A stretch of 10,590 nt of DNA from an uncultured archaeon (GTDB lineage: Archaea; Altiarchaeota; Altiarchaeia; IMC4; SCGC-AAA252-I15), in assembly GCA_902384455.1 (NCBI GenBank), contig CABMCB010000052.1, positions 1-10,590 on the forward strand, in the 5' to 3' direction. This document shows positions 1 to 7,194 of this stretch, in pieces. The position numbers and the translations under genes are program-made. The notes under the pieces were generated by a model. That model was not told where the DNA came from, did not search any database, and saw only the letters and a program-made list of their open reading frames with translations. Within the stretch, counting starts at the first letter, position 1. Each line of letters begins with the position of its first letter.

Positions 1-1
1 C

Positions 2-574
2 CTGAACCTCCCTCAAAACAGCCTCATACTCAACAGCCAACTCACAAATAGAATCCAAAACAGCCAAATCCCCATCAACAAAAAAACCCTCAAGACCCTT
101 CCAACACCCAGTAAGAGACTTAACAACCCTCTGAATACCCGCAAACGGCCGATTATAAGCAACAAAAAGAAAACGACCCTCTTTGACGGACACGTCCCCA
201 ACGTCCACCAGAAACTTGCTAACTTTCTCAGCCCACAACAAAAGAGAACCATAGTCATCAGGCGTGCTTTTCGCTGCTTTCACCCCGTCATTAATGCGGG
301 TCACCAACTTATTTTTTGCGCGTTCAGCCGGAACATGCCACGGATGCTGACACGTTATTGCCGACTCAGCCATCTTCAAATCATTCGCCTGCTCGTCAAG
401 CTCAGAAAGCAAAGCCTGCACTTCAACGACTTTCTCAGAAGCCGCCCCAAATATTTCCTTCCTTCGTTCCCCAGACTTCTTCTTAGCCCAAACACAAACA
501 TCTTCGACAGTAAAATCATCCCCAACATCAGGCGACTTCTTCGGCCCGCTCCTTAAGAAATCTAAAAACCCCAT
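2..574 (-). CDS. Hypothetical helical/coiled-coil protein, 3'-truncated by the window edge
   Basis: Manual translation from ATG at 574 gives MGFLDFLRSGPKKSPDVGDDFTVEDVCVWAKKKSGERRKEIFGAASEKVVEVQALLSELDEQANDLK...LAVEYEAVLREVQ, open to the edge (191 codons). Starts 6 nt after the cupin stop, suggesting an operon. Absent from the ORF track because it has no stop in the window. Confidence 0.85.
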   Translation of the reverse strand, partial: MGFLDFLRSGPKKSPDVGDDFTVEDVCVWAKKKSGERRKEIFGAASEKVVEVQALLSELDEQANDLKMAESAITCQHPWHVPAERAKNKLVTRINDGVKAAKSTPDDYGSLLLWAEKVSKFLVDVGDVSVKEGRFLFVAYNRPFAGIQRVVKSLTGCWKGLEGFFVDGDLAVLDSICELAVEYEAVLREVQ

Positions 575-580
575 TTGACT

Positions 581-850
581 TCAACCGAACCGATAATGCT
601 TCTTTATCGGCTTCAGAACGTGCCACATGACGTCTATCCCGGACGGGAAAGACACCAAGTCGCCTTCCCCGAATTCAACCACCCCGCCTGGAACGTCAAC
701 TTTAGCTTTCCCGGAAAGCACATAAAAAGTCTCAGGCTCATCATACGTCCAAGGAAAACTGCTTACCTCCTTATCCCAGATAGGCCACCTTAATACACCC
801 ATTTGTTCCAGTTCACCCGGCTTTGGTTTGCGAACGATTACGTTAGCCAT
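581..850 (-). CDS. Cupin_3 (DUF861/EutQ-like) small cupin protein
   Basis: 89 aa with the family pattern WPIWxKExSxFPWxYDxxETxYxLxGK...FGxGDLVxFPxG...W.V.KPIKKHY. Confidence 0.9.
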   Translation of the reverse strand: MANVIVRKPKPGELEQMGVLRWPIWDKEVSSFPWTYDEPETFYVLSGKAKVDVPGGVVEFGEGDLVSFPSGIDVMWHVLKPIKKHYRFG

Positions 851-871
851 CTTGATGATTATTACGTGCGC

Positions 872-880
872 GTATTAAAC
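872..880 (-). promoter_or_regulatory. Putative archaeal TATA box for the cupin operon (leaderless)
   Basis: Minus strand reads GTTTAATAC ~22-30 nt upstream of ATG 850; no SD motif. Confidence 0.4.
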
Positions 881-921
881 TCTGGGTGACCCTATTTTTT
901 CCCTTCCGCCTAATGTCTTAT

Positions 922-1869
922 ATGCGCGTAGCTTTCGCCTTGATTTTACTGGTTTTTGCGGCAGGATGCCTGAATGGAAACCCTACAAACAGTACTCCCC
1001 CTCAGACTAATTCTTCTTCCACAGTGATTGAGACAACCACAACCACTTCAACTTCTATAGACGTTTCGTCGTTCACTAATGCGTCATCCTGCGAGAGCGT
1101 GCCCGGAAAAAGAGACAGAGACACATGCTACGAGAACTTCGGAATAGAGTCCAACGACTCGGCACTCTGCGAAAAGGTAATGGACAGGATAAAGAAGGGC
1201 GTATGCTTCTGGAGCGTCGGAAAAGCTACAACCAACCCCTTACTGTGCGACAGAATAGAAAGCGCGTATGAAAAAGACAGGTGCTACGAAGACTTAGGCG
1301 CCCTAATGAAGAGCCCGCAAATCTGCGACATGATACAAAACGACGACGGCAAAGACCGCTGCTACCTGACTACAGCAATAGAAAACTCGGACCCCGCAAC
1401 ATGCAGGAGAATCAAACAAGAAGCAACGACAGAAAACTGTTTTTTCGCAGTAAGCCTGCTTAGAAAAGACCCTAACCTATGCGACATGCTAATAGACAAC
1501 GCAACCAAAACCAGCTGCATGTTCAACATCAGCATAATGACCCTCGACGCAACACTATGCCAAAAACTGGGCGTAACAGCCCAAGACAGTTGCCTGCTGG
1601 AAGTCGGAGGAAGAACAGGCAACTACACAATATGCGACATCCTATCAAACGAAAGCCTAAAGAACAGATGCCTCAACGACGCAGCAGTAGCAGGAAAAAA
1701 CGTTGGGACATGCGACAAAATAACAGACCCGTGGCTCATAGACACATGCTACCAAACAATAGGCCTCGCCCTGAATAATTCCTCAATTTGCGATAGCATA
1801 AAGTATCCGCCCAAGAAGAGATATTGTTATGAGCAGACGGGAGAGCCGGAGAAAGCTAAGCGCACGTAG
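922..1869 (+). CDS. Secreted lipoprotein with Ser/Thr linker and ten Cys-paired ~26-aa repeats
   Basis: From ATG 922 (alternatives 913, 886): signal peptide MRVAFALILLVFAAG|C with lipobox, S/T-rich linker, then 20 Cys in C-x11-C-x13 periodicity and several N-x-S/T sequons. Confidence 0.85.
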   Translation: MRVAFALILLVFAAGCLNGNPTNSTPPQTNSSSTVIETTTTTSTSIDVSSFTNASSCESVPGKRDRDTCYENFGIESNDSALCEKVMDRIKKGVCFWSVGKATTNPLLCDRIESAYEKDRCYEDLGALMKSPQICDMIQNDDGKDRCYLTTAIENSDPATCRRIKQEATTENCFFAVSLLRKDPNLCDMLIDNATKTSCMFNISIMTLDATLCQKLGVTAQDSCLLEVGGRTGNYTICDILSNESLKNRCLNDAAVAGKNVGTCDKITDPWLIDTCYQTIGLALNNSSICDSIKYPPKKRYCYEQTGEPEKAKRT

Positions 1870-1885
1870 TATTCTCAATGGTACC

Positions 1886-3625
1886 CTAATTGTTCGTCCC
1901 CTTTCGGTATTTGCGAGCTATAATCACCGCCAAAAGCAGTAGAATGAATGTTAGACCGAGGAGAGACATTATTTTAAATGATAATGTGGAGGATAGGTTT
2001 CTGACTGCTACTACCGCACCTGTCAAAAGGGGATAAGTAGCATTCACGTTGTTTGTATTGCCTCCGATAGCCACGGCGTTTCCAGTTAAGGGTGTGTTCC
2101 CATTTGCGCCGCCGTTGCTTTCGGTTGCGCCGTTGCCCTCTGCCGCTGCGTTGTTTCCGGTTGCTGCGTTGTTTTCACCTACCTCGTTGGTGTTTGGAAG
2201 AGACTGCTCCGTCGTCGGGGGAGTTGTTGTTACTTCAGGCACCGTCGGAGGCACTATTGCTTGTGGGTTTGTTATAGGCGGTGTTGATGCTGGCGGTGTT
2301 GTGAGTGGTTTTGCTTGATTCAGGGGGTATCCGCCACCGCCTCCACCGCCTCCTCCGCCACCACCACTTACTATAGTTGTAGTGGTCGTGGATGAGGATG
2401 TAGTCGTCGTAGACTCAGTAGTCGTAGTCGTCGTAGACTCAGTAGTCGTAGTCGTCGTAGACTCCAAAGTCGAAGACGTAGTAGAAGACTCAGAAGTAGA
2501 CGTAGACTCCAAAGTCGAAGACGTAGTAGAAGACTCAGAAGTAGACGTAGACTCCAAAGTCGAAGACGTAGTAGAAGACTCAGAAGTAGACGTAGACGAG
2601 GATTCACTCGTGGACGTAGTTGTCGATTCGGTCGTGGACGTAGAAGTTGACGTCGTATCGATTACCGCCACGTTTGTAGAAGTATATATTACAGTGTTCC
2701 CCGCAAGGTCGGAGACGACATACTGATACATGTAACAGTTCCCGCTAAGGACAGACGTGTCCGTATAATCGCCGTCAGATTCAACTACTAAATCCGAGAA
2801 AGAACCGAAAGAACCGCACGTCCAACCAGATAAAGCAGCCGACGCACGCTGGATAGTACCGGACGACAGATTTAAACCGGATTCATTATCACTACCCAAA
2901 GAATACGTTATTGGAACAGATTCAGTCACATAAAGTCCGTCAGTATAATTTATAGAACCGCCAGAAGGAGCAGTAGAATCAGGAGTATAAGCTACCGTTA
3001 TCTGCATATAGTCAACAGTTGCGGTTCGGGACTTAGGCTTCTCATTATTGATTACCGAAAGAGCGACACCAAAGTTTGCATCATTGACATCCGCAGCCGT
3101 CCACGTAGTACCCCAAAGGTCGGAAGAATTACCATAACTGATTGTCTCAAAACTTGTAGGCCAGTCTGTTCCAGTTACTGCTTTATTAGTTCCTGTAACA
3201 TTACCGGCCTTAATCAAACTAACTATGTAATCTTCCACCTTATTCTTATCAGAATGACGGTTGATTGTGACATTTATTCCGTTTATTGTCGCACCAGGCG
3301 GAATGTTGAACCCATAGTTAGTTCCAACAAGATAATGCGTGATACCGCCGTTTTTTGTAATATCCTCAGCAGTTGCATAGGGGGAACCAGTAGAATTAAT
3401 GTTGTTCGGATTCGTCCAATTGATTGTCCCAACGCCAGCCAAGTCGGCCCCGGTGCCGGCGTTCAACGGTCCGCTTGTCGCGGCGCTTACAGCGTTGACT
3501 AGTACGACTACTATTAGAAGTGTTAAGGTCGATAGAAGTATTTCACGGGAGACGTTAGGGGTTGAGGTGCTTTTGAACTCGTTTCTTCCCCCGTTAGTTA
3601 TGTCTATAACTGATTGAACCACCAT
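1886..3625 (-). CDS. Membrane-anchored Ser/Thr-rich cell-surface (glyco)protein: beta-rich domain, Ig/FN3-like domain, S/T stalk, poly-Gly, C-terminal TM helix
   Basis: Hydrophobic signal segment (ILLSTLTLLIVVVLVNAVSA); GFNIPPGATINGI...YGNSSDLWGTTWTAADVNDANFGV domain; D(S/T)TAPxGG...YQYVVSDLAGN Ig-like module with 2 Cys; S/T repeats; Gly12; TM helix followed by RKYRK. AAGAGGGG upstream of the ATG. Confidence 0.85.
   Translation of the reverse strand: MVVQSVIDITNGGRNEFKSTSTPNVSREILLSTLTLLIVVVLVNAVSAATSGPLNAGTGADLAGVGTINWTNPNNINSTGSPYATAEDITKNGGITHYLVGTNYGFNIPPGATINGINVTINRHSDKNKVEDYIVSLIKAGNVTGTNKAVTGTDWPTSFETISYGNSSDLWGTTWTAADVNDANFGVALSVINNEKPKSRTATVDYMQITVAYTPDSTAPSGGSINYTDGLYVTESVPITYSLGSDNESGLNLSSGTIQRASAALSGWTCGSFGSFSDLVVESDGDYTDTSVLSGNCYMYQYVVSDLAGNTVIYTSTNVAVIDTTSTSTSTTESTTTSTSESSSTSTSESSTTSSTLESTSTSESSTTSSTLESTSTSESSTTSSTLESTTTTTTESTTTTTTESTTTTSSSTTTTTIVSGGGGGGGGGGGGYPLNQAKPLTTPPASTPPITNPQAIVPPTVPEVTTTPPTTEQSLPNTNEVGENNAATGNNAAAEGNGATESNGGANGNTPLTGNAVAIGGNTNNVNATYPLLTGAVVAVRNLSSTLSFKIMSLLGLTFILLLLAVIIARKYRKGTNN
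2400..2464. repeat. Perfect 24-bp tandem repeat, ~2.7 copies, coding ESTTTTTT-type units
   Basis: GTAGTCGTCGTAGACTCAGTAGTC at 2400 and 2424, partial copy at 2448. Confidence 0.95.
2457..2597. repeat. Perfect 45-bp tandem repeat, 3 copies plus 6 nt, coding STSTSESSTTSSTLE
   Basis: GTAGACTCCAAAGTCGAAGACGTAGTAGAAGACTCAGAAGTAGAC at 2457, 2502 and 2547. Confidence 0.95.
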
Positions 3626-3796
3626 CCCAACCCCTCTTTACCCCAAACAAAATTTTGCCGGGTTATGATAGCGGAGAGACTGTTTAAATACCGCCATTTA
3701 TGGGGTTTTACACCCAAATCCGCCCTATTTCAATGTTTTAGGGTAAAAACCACTAGTTCAAGAGGGTTTTTATTGGGAAACTACGGAGTTTTTACT

Positions 3797-3988
3797 ATGC
3801 AAGGCAACAAGAAACCGCTTACACAACCACCGAAACGGCAGATAGACGCGGCAATCGAAGACGGAGAAGAAAAATTGCGGCTGGCAGCAGAAGGCAAAAT
3901 TCCCGTAGAGGATCTCCCCGGCGTTGCGAATATCCCAAGAAACCTTAGGCGACTTAAAAGTGCGAAAGAAGACGAAAATTACCGATAG
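3797..3988 (+). CDS. Small charged hypothetical protein (63 aa)
   Basis: ATG 3797 with GGAG at 3785-3788 and TTTTTAT ~25 nt upstream; MQGNKKPLTQPPKRQIDAAIEDGEEKLRLAAEGKIP... The longer track start at 3614 overlaps the divergent gene and promoter. Confidence 0.55.
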   Translation: MQGNKKPLTQPPKRQIDAAIEDGEEKLRLAAEGKIPVEDLPGVANIPRNLRRLKSAKEDENYR

Positions 3989-4037
3989 GGTATTCGTGGC
4001 ACCCTCACGCATCTTCTAGAGCCCGCCGTTGAATCAA

Positions 4038-4520
4038 ATGGCCTCTCACATAGACGACGAACGGTTCATGGAAGAGGCCGTTAAGGCGGCGAAGGATGGG
4101 ATTAAAGGCGGTCAAACTCCTTTTGGGGCGTGCGTGGTAAAGGACGGCGTTGTGGTCAGTTGCGTGCACAATGTTGTGTGGGGTACTACAGACATAACCG
4201 CTCACGCAGAGGTTAATGCTATTAGGGAGGCTTGCAAGCGCCTTAATTCTATTGATTTGTCTGGGTGCGTGATTTACAGTACTTGTGAGCCGTGTCCTAT
4301 GTGTTTTGCGGCGTGTCATTGGGCTAAGTTGGATAGAATTGTTTATGGTGCTACTATAGGGGATGCGCGGGAGGCGGGTTTCAACGAGCTTACCGTGTCT
4401 AACGAGGAGATGAAAAGGCAGGGAGGAAGCCCTATAATTGTGGTGAAAGGCGTCCTTGAGGAAGAGTGTAAGGGACTGTTTGGTTTATGGCAAGCCCAAA
4501 AGGATAAGCGGGTTTATTGA
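4038..4520 (+). CDS. guaD: Zn-dependent nucleoside/guanine deaminase (cytidine-deaminase fold, GuaD-like)
   Basis: PFGA, HN, TAHAEVNAIR, EPCPMC, WA, AGF and a C-terminal F..W....K..Y tail like Bacillus subtilis-type GuaD. ATG 4038 preferred over TTG 4029. Confidence 0.85.
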   Translation: MASHIDDERFMEEAVKAAKDGIKGGQTPFGACVVKDGVVVSCVHNVVWGTTDITAHAEVNAIREACKRLNSIDLSGCVIYSTCEPCPMCFAACHWAKLDRIVYGATIGDAREAGFNELTVSNEEMKRQGGSPIIVVKGVLEEECKGLFGLWQAQKDKRVY

Positions 4521-4618
4521 ATAGGCGTTGGCAGTTCTTAGAAGGGGCATATGCGGGCTTGAACGAGGTAGGATTCTAGGTTGAAGGGACTTATATCTCT
4601 TTGCTCGTATTTTATTTT

Positions 4619-5572
4619 GTGGTTTTGGATAAGCTTTTCAGCCCTAAGTTTTTGAGGGTGCACCCGGTTTATTCCGTATTTTTTGGTTTCTTTTTTGTGC
4701 TGCTCGGTTTTTATTCGACGTTGATTGTTTTTTCCAGCGAGGTTAGCGTTGTGATGGTGGCTTTAAGCAGTCTTTTGATGTTGCCGTATGTCATAAAGAT
4801 TTTTGAGTTTGACGAGCTTGACGTGGACATTGAGACTACTTCCACGGAGCAGTTGAACTCGTGGGTGCGCAAGTGCCTTAGGGACGGGTTCAGTCCCCGG
4901 CAGATTAAGGACAGTTTGATTACGGACAACTTGGACAAGCCCTATGAGTTGATGTACGACTTGACGGGCGTGGACAAGGAGTATAAGTCGTATATGAAGT
5001 CTACGAACGTTTTCACCCGCCATTGGCCGACCATTGTGTTTCATGTGGCTTTGTTTTTGGGGGCTGCTTTTGCGTATATGTGTTTGTATGGTGGTCTTGG
5101 TGAGGCTAATGTTCCTTTTGTTTTTGAGAATCAGCTTAATGTTATTCAGCCTGGTCCTCATGGGCTTTTTGTTGGGGGTGATGTTTTCCGGTTGATTGTT
5201 GTGAATAATCTTAGGATTACTTTGATTTGTGTTTTGCTTTCTTTGGTTTATGGTTGTGGGGCGGTGTTTATTTTGAATTATAATGCGTCTATTGCGGGGG
5301 TTATGTATGGGAGTAGTTTGCGTGCTTTGTTTTGGGGGGCGAGCAAGTTGTATCCTAATATTTTGATGTATTTGCCGCATACTACGATTGAGATTTTTGC
5401 TTATCTTCTTGCTGCTGTTTCTGGCAGCATTATTTCTAAGGCTACGATGGGTCATCCTGGAGGTAGGATACTTTTTAGAGATGGGTTTGTCCTTCTTGTT
5501 TTGTCGATTGTGCTGATTGTTTTTGCGGCGGCTATTGAGGTGAATGTTTTGAATGCTCTTGCGCCTGTTTGA
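4619..5572 (+). CDS. SpoIIM/DUF95-family integral membrane protein with a soluble insertion
   Basis: Multiple TM segments; IVVNNLRI, LSLVYGCGAVFILNYNASIAG and YLPHTTIEIFAYLLAAVSG motifs. Likely start GTG 4619 (MVLDKL), with TTATAT at 4591-4596; the track start is 4601. Confidence 0.85.
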   Translation: MVLDKLFSPKFLRVHPVYSVFFGFFFVLLGFYSTLIVFSSEVSVVMVALSSLLMLPYVIKIFEFDELDVDIETTSTEQLNSWVRKCLRDGFSPRQIKDSLITDNLDKPYELMYDLTGVDKEYKSYMKSTNVFTRHWPTIVFHVALFLGAAFAYMCLYGGLGEANVPFVFENQLNVIQPGPHGLFVGGDVFRLIVVNNLRITLICVLLSLVYGCGAVFILNYNASIAGVMYGSSLRALFWGASKLYPNILMYLPHTTIEIFAYLLAAVSGSIISKATMGHPGGRILFRDGFVLLVLSIVLIVFAAAIEVNVLNALAPV

Positions 5573-5629
5573 TTTGGGGTTGATGTGGTTTTGATTAGGT
5601 TTTATTGTCTGTTTCATTAAGTTGCTACC

Positions 5630-6568
5630 ATGTCTTCCGCTGGAAACGTCACTGCGATTTTGGGCAAGGACTTGGGTTCATTGCTTGGTAAGAAGGGGGC
5701 TGTCAGCGACGTCACGTTGTATGATCATAAGCTTCGTGAGACTGTTCTTTCTTTTGTGGAGCCTTCGAGTTATCCGGATAAGATTCAGTCGCTGGTTTCA
5801 GCAGTGAACATGGCGGACCAGGTTTTGTTGAAGGTTGATGGTGTTAACGCGGCTTTCGCGGAGTGCGTTGTTGCGCTTGACGCTCTTGGTATGAGGAGGG
5901 GTTATCTTCTTTTCGGGAAGGATATTGTGCCTGATTCTGTTTCTGCGTTTCTTTCTGGCACCGTCGTTTCTTCTTATAGGGTTCTTGAGGAGCAGCCGAT
6001 GCTTGTTAAGGAGAAGTTGGCCGAATTTAAACCGCATGGTGAGGGTGATGTTCTTGTTCAGGTGGATAATTCGTTTAGCGTGCGCGGAGTGGGTACTGTC
6101 GCGTTGGGCGTCGTGAAGCGGGGGGTTGTTAGGAAGTATGATGAGCTTACGATTTATCCGTCTAAGGAGGTGGCTGTCGTTAAGTCTATTCAGGTTCATG
6201 ATGTCGACGTTGATGAGGCTGTGACAGGCGTTCGGGTTGGGCTTGCTCTTAAGGACGTGAAGCCTGAGGATATCCCCAGGGGGACGGTCTTTTCGGCTAA
6301 CGCTGACTTGCCTTTGATTCGCGTTTTGGACGCGGAGGTTTCGCTTTCTAAGTACGCTAAGAAGCCTATTTCTGAAGGTGATGTTTTCCTTGCGAACTCC
6401 TTCCTTAATTATGTCCCCGCGAAAGTCGCGGAGGGTTCTGTTAAGCCGGGGGAGAAAGGCAAGATTAAGGTTGAGTTGGAGAAGGATCTGCTTAATCTGC
6501 CGGGTAGAGTGGTGTTCCTTGACCCCGGCATTAAGATGCCGCGCGTTTTCGGGTACGCTCAGCTGTAG
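5630..6568 (+). CDS. Archaeal SelB-like/EF-Tu-like protein (aSelBL type) with degenerate G domain
   Basis: LGKKG..SD.T.Y, YP.KI.SL..A.N..D, ECVVALD.LG, VD.SF.V.G.G.V.LG.VK.G and KSIQ.HD.DV..A..G.RVGL.LK match the aSelBL family (e.g. Methanosarcina mazei MM1309). No GxxxxGK[ST] or NKxD motif. Confidence 0.85.
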   Translation: MSSAGNVTAILGKDLGSLLGKKGAVSDVTLYDHKLRETVLSFVEPSSYPDKIQSLVSAVNMADQVLLKVDGVNAAFAECVVALDALGMRRGYLLFGKDIVPDSVSAFLSGTVVSSYRVLEEQPMLVKEKLAEFKPHGEGDVLVQVDNSFSVRGVGTVALGVVKRGVVRKYDELTIYPSKEVAVVKSIQVHDVDVDEAVTGVRVGLALKDVKPEDIPRGTVFSANADLPLIRVLDAEVSLSKYAKKPISEGDVFLANSFLNYVPAKVAEGSVKPGEKGKIKVELEKDLLNLPGRVVFLDPGIKMPRVFGYAQL

Positions 6569-6583
6569 GGTTTTTGCGCCATC

Positions 6584-7174
6584 TTAAGTCCGCATTGAGT
6601 ACTCCATAGACTCTTCAACGCCTTTCCGGACTTTTTCTCCCCAGAATTTTTCCGTAACATAAAGCGCCATGTCTATTCCCGCTGTTACTCCTGCGCTTGT
6701 TATAACCCGCCGGTCTTCAACGAATCGGGCTTTTACGACTTCATTCGTGTATGACGTGAGGTATGAGACTGCTGTGTAGTGCGTCGTCGCCTTTCTGTCG
6801 GCGAGTATTCCTGTGCGGGCAAGAAGAAGCGAGCCGGTGCAAACAGACGAAACCGTGTTCGACTGGAGCGCGAAGAAAGACGTAATGTATTTTTCCAAAG
6901 TGGGGTTGCCGTTGATAAATATCTCACGCGCCCCCTTGCCTCCCGGAACCACAAGAAGCGCATCCGACGGAACCGCAACATGAGGCAAAACATCATCAAC
7001 CTCAAACGTCAGGCCGTTCACGCTTCTGACAGTCTTTGTTTCGGCTACCGTTTTGATTTTAAGCGAGGGATCAACGTTGTTTTTCACCCGGGCGAATACG
7101 TCCAGGGGGCCTATGTAGTCGAGCTCCAGGAAGTCCGGGAACAGTAGGAAAACTATTTCGTTAATTTGCGCCAT
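6584..7174 (-). CDS. DJ-1/PfpI family protein (isonitrile hydratase/AraC-partner-like subgroup)
   Basis: FxELDxxGPxDVF, LLVVPGG, SVCTG nucleophile elbow, ATTH, RFVED..VITSAGVTAGIDMAL, C-terminal MEY. Confidence 0.92.
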   Translation of the reverse strand: MAQINEIVFLLFPDFLELDYIGPLDVFARVKNNVDPSLKIKTVAETKTVRSVNGLTFEVDDVLPHVAVPSDALLVVPGGKGAREIFINGNPTLEKYITSFFALQSNTVSSVCTGSLLLARTGILADRKATTHYTAVSYLTSYTNEVVKARFVEDRRVITSAGVTAGIDMALYVTEKFWGEKVRKGVEESMEYSMRT

Positions 7175-7194
7175 GATAGCAATTGTTGTTTTCT

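Noticed and set aside
13-793. Track ORFs 13..258, 335..556 and 575..793
   Set aside because: Shadow frames of the minus-strand ORF starting at 574 and of the cupin gene.
2400-2597. Repeat array considered as CRISPR
   Set aside because: Head-to-tail repeats with no unique spacers, lengths are multiples of 3 within a CDS, and there are no cas genes.
3986-4040. TAG read-through (pyrrolysine-type) fusing the small ORF to the deaminase
   Set aside because: The two ORFs are in different frames, no pyl genes are present, and the extension has no recognisable features.
4038-4520. tRNA adenosine deaminase TadA or an anti-phage deaminase
   Set aside because: PFGA, WA, AGF and the terminal Tyr fit GuaD-like enzymes, TadA-specific motifs (EVPVGA) are absent, and there is no defence-island context.
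4763-5617. 284-aa antisense ORF opposite SpoIIM
   Set aside because: K/N/Q/T/H/I-rich shadow frame. An A+C-rich strand is depleted of stop codons, and the sense gene has clear family motifs.
5630-6568. Selenocysteine system (true selB, SECIS, UGA read-through)
   Set aside because: The protein lacks SelB G-motifs and the C-terminal extension. No tRNA-Sec or convincing SECIS was seen, and read-through of the deaminase TGA meets TAG after six codons.
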